A DNA stretch of 48,894 nucleotides from Octopus bimaculoides (GCF_001194135.2 NC_068990.1:52881073-52929966); one strand, 5' to 3'. Shown: positions 34,342 to 47,335, counted from the first letter of the stretch. The notes: generated by a model not told the origin, from the sequence alone. Numbers and translations are program-made.

Positions 34342-36900
34342 CTAGCTAAAATAGCTGGCGTTTCCCAGGTTAAAGAAAATAAGGCAATTTAAAAATGCTG
34401 TGTAGATTACACAGGTCTCAACTGCGAATAGCTGAGATACCAACTTTCTACGTAACTCTGCAACCCATGCCAACATGGAACATAGACATTAAGTGAAATG
34501 TGAAAAGAATGTATATGAAGTAAATACATGTTTGTCTAACTTATCTCATAACTAAAAAACAGGTACAGATTATAAACAATAAAAGGCCATGCATAGAGTA
34601 CACATGCACAAACAGACAGTGTTTTCTGTTTTGCCATGTTTATCATTGAGAATGTAGAGGTTCTTTTCATCTCCATCTCTAGAACATTCAACATATAGCT
34701 AACCATGTGAGAAGCAAGGTTGAAGGAAGTTAAGTCCTACCACCTTTAGAGATTGGCCTTGTACTTTGTTGATAGACATTGCAAAGCTAAGTTTGACAGG
34801 AAACTGTAGTCTCTTGAACTGAAAGGGGAGATCATTTTAGATGTGAGTTATCCTTGGAATGACATCATTGTTACCCATCATGTTGTCATAATGGAGAAGA
34901 GGTTTCTCAGTTGCATAGGAGACTTGCACATTTGTGCCTCTGACAGAGTGACATCCCAGTGTGCATCATCTAGAAGACCTCTGAAACTGCAAGCCTGGCG
35001 ATATGTTTGACATACTGTGTTATCAACCATACGTAAGGCTGTAATTGATGTGGACCCCTTGACATGGTGTAATAGAAGCCTTAGATAGTAGCACTCTTAG
35101 TAGTTGGGATGAACAGCATAGACTCTGCCAAGTATGTCTGATTTCTTGATTTCCTGATGATGTGTGGATGCTCCAAGTGCATGTCTTTTCCATTTGTTTT
35201 GGTACCAGGTATAAAATTGTGGAACTTCTTTGTATAGCAGTCTTATAGCAAATCCATCATCTTGACAGAGCTTGAAGAATGCTGTGAATGTGGTATTTTT
35301 GGGAGCTTCCATTTATAGTTGAACTGGGTCTGTCAGTGTGCTGTTTCTGAGAAGGAGGACAGTGTCACACTTGTCATATTCTTGCCCAACCAGAAGCACA
35401 GCTATTTAATTTGCTGATGGCACATTAAACCTCCCTCTGTGTTGACCAGATGGTTTCTTGTTTATTCTGATAACTACCTTGTAATCCAGGGAGTCAGGTG
35501 GAATTTTTTCAAGTGCAGTCTTGAAGCTTCTGATCAGGTTGTTGTTGTTATGCAGCATCTTTTGCAGAGACACTACAATGTTCATCTTGATGCTGGAAAT
35601 GTTCTTGCACCTCTCTTGCCCTTTTTGCTGAGAATCACCCATAAAATATATTTGAAGGAATTTAGGTCATTCATTTGACAGAGTTAGTAGAGAGCCAATC
35701 TGATGATAAATCTGACCTTGAAAGTTTGCATGAATCCTGGCTCAGTTATATCTCTTGTGTCTCCAAATGATGTCATCTGTAGTGCAGCATTGTACTATCT
35801 AATTTTGTTTTAGAAGTGCTTGGAATCTTGGTCAGTTGATGACAACAGTTTCTTCAATGGGTCTGGAGGTTGGAGGATTGCAGGGAGTTTAACCTTTCCA
35901 CCACTGCAGCACAGTGCAGGTGTCTCTCCAGACTACTTCTTTGCTTTACAATGCATGCACTCAGTTGTCATTGCACCAATGGAAACTCTAGTGTCATCTG
36001 CATAATGAACTGCTGGATCATAATTGAAAGCTGCTTCTCTGAGCTGCTGCATCTGCTCTTTGTTCTGCAGTGGAGATCCTATTCCTTGTTAGTCATGCAT
36101 ACCTCTGTTCATCACTGTGAGATGCTCTGACTTTTGTCGTGCACAGTCTGTTCAGTTGTTGGCATGCTACCCTTTTTGCAGCTATCTCTCTTTCCCTGGA
36201 CAGTGACATTCTTTTGGCTGACCTTGATATTGTAGACAAATTTGCTTAAGTACAGATTTCTGTCCCCACCCCTGATTTTCAATGATCACAACTTTCAGAA
36301 AAATGGATATTTTTTAATGAAATTTTCTACAAATATGTGTTATATCATGTAGATTCTGAATATACAAAATTTTGCAGGGTAAGTGTTTTAGGAGGGAGTG
36401 GGATGGGGAATTTCTGAAAATTCACTGGCGTCCACTACAATTCATCTTCACTTTCAAGAAAATGGATAATTTTTTAATGAAATTCTCTACAAATCTATGT
36501 AGATTCTGAGGACAGGAATTTTGGAGAAAAATAATTGACGGTTACTTTTGAGAACTGTTCCCCACTCGGGGGTGTTTCAGAACAAGTTGTCCATATTTGT
36601 TTCATTTTCTCCGTTTGGTGCGTTTGTGCATCCGTAGATTTCTACCACAAGCACACACGTAATTAAAAAAAGTTCAAACAGTGACTTATTCCATTCAATA
36701 TCAGTTTATTATAGAGATTATGTAACAAATTATACTTTACACTTCTATATTTAACTGTGCATGTGTATTCCTTATTTTTACTTCTGGTGTCTTCTGCCTT
36801 TCCATTAGAAACGTTTACCCGGGAATTTACTGAAATTGGAAAGAAAATAAAAAAAAATCACATGCAACAGATAAGGGATCTAGTTATTTTCAGTGAGAAA
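34342..36900 (-). mobile_element. Internally deleted Helitron (5' boundary uncertain)
   Basis: 3' end ...cctgggaaacgccagctattttagCTAG|t at 34342. RepHel pieces: N-terminal CMHCKAK..ETPALCCSGGKV..YNAALQMTSFG..QIYHQIGSL; mid-region TTFTAFFKLC..GRVYAVHP..ECYYLRLLLHHVKG; PIF1 C-terminal QFPVKLSFAMSINKVQGQSL..FSHG*LYV.CSR. Confidence 0.92.
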
Positions 36901-37129
36901 TATTAGATCCCAGATAAATCATCTTAGTCACATATTTCTGTGTACCAGGCCTTTAGATGTTATTTTTAGCATAACAAGTTTTCTGGTGAGGGTTTCATTT
37001 GCCTTCATTGCCTGTCTGTTGCTTCAGTAGAAATCTACGGATGCGCAAACACACAAAATGGAGAAAATGAAAGAAATATGGATGACTCGTTCAGAAACAC
37101 CCCTGAGTAAACCCCCAATTGTTTACTCC

Positions 37130-37500
37130 TCAAATTTGTGACCATTGCACATGCAGAATGCCAGTAATTCTGTGCATGAGGTTATTGCACCAGCAGTCAT
37201 CTTCAACCAGGCTCACATTTGTGCTTTTCATGCTTGCAGTGGTGTCTTCTACTCTACTGGGTATGATTGTTGCCTTGATTATGGTTACACACCCAAAAAT
37301 TTTATGTCTAATAATGCTTGCACTGCACCTCATTGACCCTCCTCTCCCTACTGATATGATCTTGAGTGAAGCCAGGGCTAGATATCCAGTGCCAATATGG
37401 GTTGCAGGCTGAAGAATGTGGGAGCACCATGCAAGCAAAAGATTACCAAAATGTTCAATACTATCTGGTTTTATATCAGCATGACATTCTAGAAACATGC
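37130..37500 (-). mobile_element. Possible decayed APE endonuclease region of a CR1/L2-like LINE
   Basis: HILQPATHIGTGYLALA..SIIRHKIFG loosely fits Q..PTH..G..LDL..ISDH; weak. Confidence 0.25.
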
Positions 37501-38013
37501 TTTAACAAAAGCTAATGGGTGCCTGGTCTTCCAGCATGCCAAACACCATCCCAAAATTTCTGAGGGCCTGTGCTATTGCTAGATATTTGTTGAATCTACA
37601 CTGGGTCCATCTGTCCTTTTGGCAGGTTATGTTTTTTGAGTCCTGTTGGGTTTTTATAGCAAGCATCCTCACCAGGTGAGCCTAGTGGTGATGCCAGTTT
37701 AGCTGCTGACAAAGCAAGTACGTAACAAGTTGTACTGGATTCCATGTTACTAGTAGCACTCACAAGAGCTCTCAAAATTGGCCTGACGTATATACATGTA
37801 CACACATTTTCACACACACACTTTCATTTTTCTTCTACCAAATCCACTCACAAGGCTATGATTGGCCTGAGGCTATAGTAGAAGTTGCTTGTTCAAGGTG
37901 CTACACAGTGGGATTGTGGTTGAAAAACAAACTTATCAAACACACAAGAAAGTTGAAAAAGTGTGACACACTGTCACACTGACATTTGCATTTTTTAACA
38001 CCTAGCTAAATTG

Positions 38014-38049
<36 letters not shown>

Positions 38050-39003
38050 NNNNNNNNNNNNNNNNNNNNNNNNNNNNNNNNNNNNNNNNNNNNNNNNNNN
38101 NNNNNNNNNNNNNNNNNNNNNNNNNNNNNNNNNNNNNNNNNNNNNNNNNNNNNNNNNNNNNNNNNNNNNNNNNNNNNNNNNNNNNNNNNNNNNNNNNNNN
38201 NNNNNNNNNNNNNNNNNNNNNNNNNNNNNNNNNNNNNNNNNNNNNNNNNNNNNNNNNNNNNNNNNNNNNNNNNNNNNNNNNNNNNNNNNNNNNNNNNNNN
38301 NNNNNNNNNNNNNNNNNNNNNNNNNNNNNNNNNNNNNNNNNNNNNNNNNNNNNNNNNNNNNNNNNNNNNNNNNNNNNNNNNNNNNNNNNNNNNNNNNNNN
38401 NNNNNNNNNNNNNNNNNNNNNNNNNNNNNNNNNNNNNNNNNNNNNNNNNNNNNNNNNNNNNNNNNNNNNNNNNNNNNNNNNNNNNNNNNNNNNNNNNNNN
38501 NNNNNNNNNNNNNNNNNNNNNNNNNNNNNNNNNNNNNNNNNNNNNNNNNNNNNNNNNNNNNNNNNNNNNNNNNNNNNNNNNNNNNNNNNNNNNNNNNNNN
38601 NNNNNNNNNNNNNNNNNNNNNNNNNNNNNNNNNNNNNNNNNNNNNNNNNNNNNNNNNNNNNNNNNNNNNNNNNNNNNNNNNNNNNNNNNNNNNNNNNNNN
38701 NNNNNNNNNNNNNNNNNNNNNNNNNNNNNNNNNNNNNNNNNNNNNNNNNNNNNNNNNNNNNNNNNNNNNNNNNNNNNNNNNNNNNNNNNNNNNNNNNNNN
38801 NNNNNNNNNNNNNNNNNNNNNNNNNNNNNNNNNNNNNNNNNNNNNNNNNNNNNNNNNNNNNNNNNNNNNNNNNNNNNNNNNNNNNNNNNNNNNNNNNNNN
38901 NNNNNNNNNNNNNNNNNNNNNNNNNNNNNNNNNNNNNNNNNNNNNNNNNNNNNNNNNNNNNNNNNNNNNNNNNNNNNNNNNNNNNNNNNNNNNNNNNNNN
39001 NNN

Positions 39004-39210
39004 CGAGCGTGGCCATTTTCGTGCGGGTGACACGTAAAAGCACCCACTACACTCTCTGAGTGGTTGGCGTTAGGAAGGGCATTCAACTGTAGAAACTCTG
39101 CCAAATTAGATTGGAGCCTGGTGTTGCCATCCAGTTTCACCAGTCCTCAGTCAAATCGTCCAACCCATGCTAGCATGGAAGGCGGACGTTAAACGATGAT
39201 GATGATGATG

Positions 39211-39212
<2 letters not shown>
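39004..39212 (+). mobile_element. RTE 3' UTR end with (GAT)n tail; 5' part lies in the gap
   Basis: Matches ~4880-5105. Confidence 0.85.
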
Positions 39213-39244
<32 letters not shown>

Positions 39245-39737
39245 GTATAGAATGTGTGTATGTATGTGTATATATATATGTGTGTGTTTATGTATGTGTG
39301 TGCATATATATATTCACTTATGCATGTATGTGCTTTGACATGTGTGCCTGCATGCGCAGACACATGCACACACACATGTATATGTGTGTCTGTTGCAGCT
39401 AATGAGAATATTGATCAATATTCTATAGATAAATTAATTTTTCACTAGACTATTCGAAGTAGCTATAGTCATAATCAAATAGTGTCATCATTATATGTAC
39501 ATGCATGCATGTGTGTAGTAATAATATATTGTGGCTAGTCTTCGTATGTCAGTTAATGGTGGTGTTGTATTTAACAGTAATTGGTAGTGTGTAAATATGG
39601 AGGAGGTATGTGTGTTTCTGTTGATACTTGCAATATGCTTTGTTAGTGGAAGATTTTTTCTCACAGTGTCTGTCTCTCTCATAGTCATAAATGGGAAAAT
39701 AAAAGAAGTCACAGGTAGAATCTATGGCTACAACACC

Positions 39738-39772
<35 letters not shown>

Positions 39773-40823
39773 GTTATTATTGTTCCACTTCCATTTATAT
39801 TGTCAGTATTGTTGCAAAAGACCAGTAATGGGACAATTTCCACACCTGCCCAACATTATTAGATGTTATAATTATGTAAGAAATCAGTGTTTCTATTGGT
39901 ATTTTAACATCTATTTCTGTGACGCTCTGCTCTCCTCTGACTACTTGAAGTATAGGACTTTTGAATTTAAAACAAATCATGACTAACATCCTTTTTCTTT
40001 TTCATTCCATTCCATTTTCTCTCTATCATTCTTTAGCACCCCCCACTCCCTTTGCCTGTCCATAATCAGTTTTTTTTCTTGTTGTTTTCTTTTATTATTT
40101 TCTTCTGTCTGCAATATCTGCAATATTTGATAACTCTGAGTTACAGCATCCATTGTCATAGCTGTCAACACAGTGATGCTGCTGCAGCACACATGCACAC
40201 GTATGCACTCACACACATACACAGTTCCACTTAAATGTTAGTCTGCTTTGAATTAATGGTGACTTGATAGTGGCAGCAGTGAGGCTACTAATGTGAACAG
40301 CAGCACCAACAGTAGTAGTAGTAGTAGTAGCAGCAGCAGCAGCAATAGTGTGGTAGTAGAAGTAGTAGTGCTACTAATCACCACTACTACTACTACTGCT
40401 ACAAGCGGTATTAGTAGTGGTAGGTAATGAAATTACCTGCTGAAGTAATAATATTGGTGTACAAAGACACCCAACACACTAGTGGTTTACAGTGTATCGT
40501 CACTTAGCAGCGTTAATGTCAAACCATCAATGTCAACCATCATTTCACATGTTTAAAACGGAGGAACGATGGACTGTGGGGGTAAGAAGCTTTGGACTTT
40601 TCTATATTTTCTCTTTCTTTTGTTTTTTTTTGTTTTGTTTTATTTTCAATTGATGCCATCTGTTAGAAAGAGAAATCATTCTCCACCACTATCATCTTCC
40701 TCCTCCTCTTCTCTTTATTTTCCTTCTGTATGTGACACAGAAGCCATCTTCCACATGTGTATGTGTTTTATGTAGGTTGTTAGCGTTGCCATTGATGAAA
40801 CAGTTAAATATGATGATAGTGAT

Positions 40824-40859
<36 letters not shown>

Positions 40860-43800
40860 CTTTTGTCACAAAGTGACATTAATGGATGGTTACAAAAGGA
40901 GTGGTGATTATGGTGGAGTTTACTTGTAAATAATCAAAATAGCTATGATTTCTAGCACAGGTGCAAGGCCATACATTTTGTTAGGGTGTGGAGTTTACTC
41001 AATTAGATTGACCTCTGACCTAGTATGTCCACTCAGAATGATGAAATGTAAACCAACCATGGTAGACTTTGATCTCAGAATGTAAAAGGTGGTGTGGAAC
41101 CAAATATCACCAGTTTTTTTTATAATGTTTCTGATTTTTTTGTTTTCTTAATTAAAATGATTTCTGCGGCACAATTGTCATTATGTGCAATACTCTGCCA
41201 CATCTTTAGCAACTATTCTTCTGTTATACTAATAGTGGAAGTGGTTGCCTTGGAGTAAAGGGGTATGATGTGTAGTACCCCATGTCTTTCTCAGAAAGAG
41301 AGAATTGATCCCCTAGTACTTAACAGGTTCCGACTCAAAATTATTAGTTATAATTTGCCCCTAAAAGCAATAAACTCTTCTGTGTGTGTGTGTGTGTTTC
41401 TAATGTAATCTTATGTTATGCTTCTCTTCATTTCCAAAGTGTATTTTGTTGTTTAAACACCCGTTACTGAACAGATCTGTTGTATAACTAGAATTACATT
41501 TCCTCTATTAAGACTTTAGCGTGTGATCTGAGGGAGATTTATCTGTAGTTTCTTGCACATTACGTGATCACTGAGAGAGTCTCTATTGTTGACATGATTG
41601 AGCTTTGTTTTGTTTAGATCTGATAGCCATGGTCTTGTTTACTGTTATTGCGCTGCTGTGGCGAGGGTGGTAGTCATGTGGTAGTAGTAGTAGCAGCAGC
41701 AATAATAGTAGTAGTAAAATCAACTGACTACAGAAAACGTTCACATTATTTTGTTTCCTTTCTATTTTCACTATTTTATATCTAGAATACTGTTTATTTT
41801 GTGATCAATATTAAGCACTTAGAAAGATATAATAATAATAATAATAATAATGATTTCATTTATTTGCCACAAGGGTGAAGAATGAGGGGGACTAAACAGA
41901 AACAGACATAAAGTGTGGGGGTTTACATATAATCTAATGATAAAATAAAAAGTATACACAGTATACACTGGAAAAGAAGGGACATACATAGCATACAGAG
42001 GTAAAAAAAAAAAAAAATCTAAAAAAAGGTGGCCCTTCACATACAGGCATGCCTCTAGGGATAATCAAGGAACCCCACTGCTTGAGATTTCCCTGAGACC
42101 CTAGGAGCAAGTGCCCTCTCCAATTCCTTCTCTCTGACTCACAAGTCTACACTTAGAGAGGTACCATCTGCTTTATTACATCAATATTTCTCTTAACTGA
42201 CTATTGAAAATTTCATACCTGACTTTTCACAAAAGGAAAGAAAAAAAAAAAAAAGAAGTCACCCCTCTTACCACTATCTTACGTATTTTATTCTAATTTA
42301 AGATTGGTGAAATATTTCTGAGTTCTTTTCCATTTGAAATGTAAAACGTTTTGGTAATTGTTCAGATTATGTATATGAAATCATAAACGTAAGATTTTCA
42401 GTTTGGTTTGATATAAAAGCTTAGTTTTTGTGAAAATGATCATTTTGTATGTGAGGCTACTCTATGTATTATATCATTCAGTATGTAAGGCTTACTTGTG
42501 ACATTATAATCAAAGTGAAAATTGCAATCATATACATAATGTCATTCTTCTACACCCATTTTCCATTCAGATGACCATATTGCACTCTAATGTCTCAGTT
42601 TTGGTATTGTTTCTATGGCTCTATGCTCTTCCCAGCATTAGCATTTTTTCCATGGCACCAGGACTATAGAAGTTACCTTGTTATTGGTAACACTTTAGAG
42701 CCCTCTGAAGGTCTGTATTGTTGCTACTTGGTTTGATTTACCATCCATTTACAGTGCATCAACATTAGTGGGATCACATTGCTACTTGCAAAGCAAAAGA
42801 GAAGCTTCTATAATGGTTGAAGACTGGAACAGATTAAATACTGTGTGTGGATGGTGATGGAAAGAATAACAAGCAGGAAAAGTGTTTGGCTGGGAATAAT
42901 GGAGATGGGACAGGAAGATTGTCAAAGTTTAGTCTAAGAGATGTAGGGAACAGGTGGGTAAAGTAATGATGATGGTAGTATGCAGAGGAGGTCCAAGGCT
43001 ATCCAACATTATAAGGTTGAATATGAATGAAGAGTGGAAGAGATATGAAAGAGAGAAAATAGATAAAGATGGTGTGAATCAAGAGCATCACTGAAAGAAA
43101 GGTGTTGGATGGCAAAAGTAGCCCAGAGATGGAGTTGAGGTGGTGAGGACATTGAGAGAAAAGAAAGCAGAGAAAGAGTGATAGATGGCAGTGAATGAGC
43201 AAACATCTCAGAGATATGAATGATAGAGTGATGGTTGAAGTAAGTAAGGAGATTGATGGAAGAGGAGGGAATGTGGGTACAGGTAGAATGATGAGGACTG
43301 GTGTTCACTGGTGCCTTTCTCTTTAACTGCTGGTTGATTCTTGCTTTGAGACTTAAATATGGTAGATGGAAGCTATAAGAAGCCCATTGTGTGGTGTGTG
43401 TTTTTTTTGCCTTGGCATGTGTTCACTAAATGTCAACTATTTTACAAATGGTGCTATTTGTTTACAGCCCTCTGTAAAAGCATATGCAACCATTGAACTG
43501 TTTGTCATTGGGGAGACAAGGGGAAATATTAACCTGATTTGGAACAGGTGATGGTTGGTGACAAGAAATGTATTCAGCCATTGAAGTATCTTCTGATTCA
43601 TGCAAAAGTGAATGTTAAACTGATGTTAATATTTGACTGTCTGTGTGTCTGTCTAAGGTAGGTGCAATTGTGGCTGTTGGCTTCTCAACTGGTTTTAGGT
43701 TCAGTTCCACTACATGGCGTTTTGAACAAATGTCTTCCACTATAGCCCTAGGCCAACCAAAGCCTTGTGAGTGCATTTGATAGATGTATGTGTCTTCTGT

Positions 43801-43951
43801 TCCCAACTCTTCATTACTCTCTCATTTCTCACTCATCTTCTTATTCATTACATTGCTGCATGTGTTATGACACAGACATTGGTTTTCTTTATATTTAATC
43901 ACTATATCATCCTATCTTTCTTCTATATGAAGTCTGTGTGACAAAGGGTGG

Positions 43952-43952
43952 C

Positions 43953-44000
<48 letters not shown>
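43952..44000. repeat. (AAT)n microsatellite; others at ~13062-13098, 40828-40858, 46396-46430, 47336-47377, 47806-47850
   Basis: Seen directly. Confidence 0.97.
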
Positions 44001-44213
44001 CCTTTCTACTAAAGGCACAAGGCCTGACATTTTGGGTGAGGGGACTAGTCGATTACATCAACCCTAGTACTCCACTGGTACTTATTTTATCAACCTCAAA
44101 AGGATGAAAGGTGAAGTTGACCTTGGTAGAATTTGAACTCAGAACATAAGGACAAATGAAATGCTGCAAAACATTTTTCCGGTGTGCTAATAATTCTGCC
44201 AGCGCGCTGCCTT
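44001..44213 (-). mobile_element. (ATT)n-tailed tRNA-headed SINE
   Basis: Reverse complement of the 28570-28782 family; (AAT)n at ~43952-44000 is its tail. Confidence 0.85.
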
Positions 44214-44960
44214 GGACCAAGCATTGAATACCAACTCAGTGAAAAAGAATATAAACCACACAAATGCAACAGACCTCTGCAAAATGTGTGGGAAGAAGGT
44301 CAAAAGCATGACTAACATTGTTAGTGATTGTGAAAGTCTTGTGAAGAAAGAGTACAAGCGTAGACAAGACAAGGTAGCCCAAAACCTCCACTCAAGGTAA
44401 GTATGGGTGCTTGGTTTGAGGTATGGATATGAGGTTATGGGTGCTTGGTACCAACATTCATCAGAAAAGGTAATGGATGAAAAGAAGAAGGCAAAAATTC
44501 TCTGGATTTTGACTTCCAGACAGACAAGGTGTTAGAGCACCGAAGGCTGGATGTAGTAAGCTTTTGGAGAGACAAATGAGTGCTTAATAATTGATGTGGC
44601 AGTGCCAGGAGATCAACATCTCATCATGAAAAAAAGAAAAGGTTGATAAATATGGAAACTTGAGAATTGAGATCGCTAAGATGTGGCAGCTATGAGAGTC
44701 AAACATAAAGGTTATCCCTATTGTCATCGGAGCATTGGATTCAATACCACCCAATCTGAAAGAAACATCTGAAAACCTTAGAAATACCCTATGATCTAGA
44801 TGTATTGCAAAAATCAGCATTACTTGGAATTGCATGCATATTGCGTAAAGTAGTGTCTGTCTGAGGTCCTTGTTGTGACTTGACAAACAGTACAAACCCC
44901 CGGAAGACAATATCTTCATTCAACAACCTCACGATATTGTATATTTCGGGTAAAGCGGGT
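44206..44960 (+). mobile_element. 5'-truncated R4/Dong-clade non-LTR retrotransposon (CCHC finger plus restriction-like endonuclease)
   Basis: Translates DQALNTNSVKKNI..CKMCGKKVKSMTNIVSDC..KEYKRRQDKVA..ILW(D)F..QTDKVLEHRRLDVV..CLIIDVAVPGD..KY..VIPIVIGAL..LQKSALLGIACILRKVVSV* (stop at ~44862). Confidence 0.88.
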
Positions 44961-45573
44961 AAGTTGATTACAGTGACCCCATTTCTCAACTGGTACTTAT
45001 TTTATCAACTCTGAAAGGATGAAAGGCAAAGTTGACTTTGTTGTTTGGCCCAAAGTCAATTCTGAATTATAAGACCTATGATGGAAAGTATTCAAACAGT
45101 GACCTGTGAATCTCTTGTTTTTTCATGTAAAGACCTGGTCCCTCTGTAAGGTCTCTGTATGTGCAACCTAGGGCATGTGTTTTTGAGGAAGACCTGCAGT
45201 TGTCCAAACATGTGAGCCTGCCCTCTTTATGCTACCATGGGCTAATACAACTTAACATATCATTGCAGGGATTGCTGTCTGAGTGCAAAGGGTTTAAACA
45301 GATACCACAAGGTAAAGATTCTCCTTCTCCCAAAGGATGAAAGGCTAAGTTGACCTTGATGGAATTTGAACTTTGAGTTTAGAGAATCAGAATAAAAACT
45401 GTGAGACATTTTTCCAATGCTCTACCAACTCTGTCAGTTCACTGTCCTTGTGTGTCTCATGCTGCAGTATCCTACCTCTTTTCTGTTTTAGAATGATCAG
45501 CTGTGCTTTTTTGGGAGACTTGGTTGCTACTTCTATCAGACTGAGTAACTGTATAGGTACTCCTAATGATTTA

Positions 45574-45948
45574 CTCTTTTACTTGTTTCAGTCATTTCAC
45601 TGTGGCCATGCTAGAGCACCGTCTTTAGTCGAGCAAATCGACCCCAGGACTTATTCTTTGTAAACCTAGTACTTATTCTATCAGTCTTTTTTGCCGAACC
45701 GCCAAGTTACGGAGATGTTAACACACCAGCATCGGTTGTCAAGCGATGTTGTGGGGGACAAATACAGACACACAAACACACNNNNNNNNNNCTTCTTTCA
45801 GTTTCCGTCTACCAAATCCACTTACAAGGCTTTGGTCAGCCCTAGGCTATAGTAGAAGACACTTGCCCAAGGTGCCACACAGTGGTACTGAACCTGGAGC
45901 CATGTGGTTGGTAAGCAAGCTACTTACCACACAGCCACTCCTACGCCT
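45574..45948 (-). mobile_element. Full-length tRNA-headed SINE with an internal (TG)-rich tract
   Basis: Minus-strand head aggcgtaggagtggctgtgtggtaag (A box) and ggttcagtacc (B-box-like); body ends ...actgaaacaagtaaaagag. Confidence 0.85.
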
Positions 45949-45963
45949 AAAAAGTGTGTGACA

Positions 45964-46056
45964 CTTACAGCACCTAGGTTTCCCAAGCGGTCACCCATCT
46001 AAGTACTCACTAGGCTCGACGTTGCTTAACTTCGGTGATTGGACGAGAACCGATGC
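45964..46056 (-). pseudogene. 5'-truncated 5S rRNA pseudogene
   Basis: Minus strand cggttctcgtccaatcaccgaagttaagcaacgtcgagcctagtgagtacttagatgggtgaccgcttgggaaacctaggtgctgtaa matches metazoan 5S from about nt 28 to near its 3' end, including the A/IE/C box region; the first ~25 nt are absent. Confidence 0.9.
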
Positions 46057-46393
46057 TCTGGATTTAAGGTTGTATTAACTCCAGTTCTTGCACCTTTTTT
46101 TTGTCATAGCCAGAAGAATGAAAACCAAAAATGAAGTCAGGATTTGAACTCAGGACATAAAGGGATAATAAGGATGTTGCAGATGATTTAGGTACAAGGC
46201 CAACAATTTGAAGGGAGTGAGGTTACACCACCCACTAGCACTATGTAACTAATACTTGAACTCATAAACAAAAGAGTTAATACTGCAAAACTATTTTTTT
46301 CCAATAGTCTACAATAATAATAATCCTGATCAATAATAGGATGAAAAGCAAAGCTGACCTTGGCAACATTTGAACTCTAAATGTAAAGATGGA

Positions 46394-46429
<36 letters not shown>

Positions 46430-46435
<6 letters not shown>

Positions 46436-46605
46436 TCTGATAAAGGCACAAGTTGATCACATCAACCCCAGTGTCTCACTGGTATTTAACTTATCGACTC
46501 TGAAAGGATGAAAGACAAAGTTGACTTCAGTGGAAGTTGAACTCAGAATGTAAAGATGAATGAAATGCCACTAAGCATTTTGTCCAGTGTGCTAACGATT
46601 CTGCC
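46430..46605 (-). mobile_element. (ATT)n-tailed SINE interrupted at its head by a Tc1 fragment
   Basis: Same family as 44001-44213; the head remnant gccttaataat resumes at 46841. Confidence 0.8.
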
Positions 46606-46842
46606 ATGTTTGGTGTATCAAGAAGTATTGTCTTGAAAGTAATGACAGTCTTTGAGAAGGTGCGAAAAACCTCCTCATCAAAACAAAATTCCGGAAGAAA
46701 ACCAAACTTTCAGATAGGGACTGTCAGACTCTTATGTGAATTTTTAGAAAGGATCACAAAAGTACAGCTCCCAAAATTACTGCAGAGCTTAATGACCACC
46801 CCGAGAACCCAGTTTCCACAAAAACTGTTCGCCGGGAGCTGC
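46606..46842 (+). mobile_element. Internal Tc1 transposase fragment without TIRs
   Basis: ~98% identical by eye to 48495-48730 (4 substitutions, 1 indel). Confidence 0.92.
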
Positions 46843-46857
46843 CTTAATAATAATAAT

Positions 46858-47333
46858 TGGGTATGATAAAGAACATATGGACAGAGACATAGAAGCTATA
46901 TTTGGACCCTCAACACTACACACTATCCAAAAAATAGCTCTGCTAGGAACAGCGCAATCCTATGCAAGACACTATCAATTCAATGATACAACCCAAACAA
47001 AACAATTCACAAGCATAAGACACACTCTATACAATAATTATCCAATAAAATAAACAACCACCACAACATATATTCTACAGGCCGGATACCCAACAGAGCA
47101 ACACAACTTGCATTACACAGGCAACACAATACAAACACTAATACAACAAAAGACCGAAACTAGTCCCCATAACAAAACAAACTGATGCAATACAATATCA
47201 GGAAGAATTTGCACTCTCCCAACAACAACAACAACAACAACAACAAAAAAGAACACACAATACTGCACACACCTCAGTAACATGGAGGTGTAGCAGGTGA
47301 TGCAGCAAAAATCTGCCTAAAACCACCAGATGT

Positions 47334-47335
<2 letters not shown>
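46858..47335 (+). mobile_element. Short 3' end of a Dong/R4-like LINE inserted in (AAT)n
   Basis: Translates ..TLHTIQKIALLGTA/ILRKTLSIQ*-like, then an A/C-rich 3' UTR; (AAT)n on both sides. Confidence 0.7.

Noticed and set aside
40300-40405. (GTA)n...(TAC)n inverted simple repeats forming a hairpin
   Set aside because: Low-complexity sequence with no specific structure beyond opposed microsatellites
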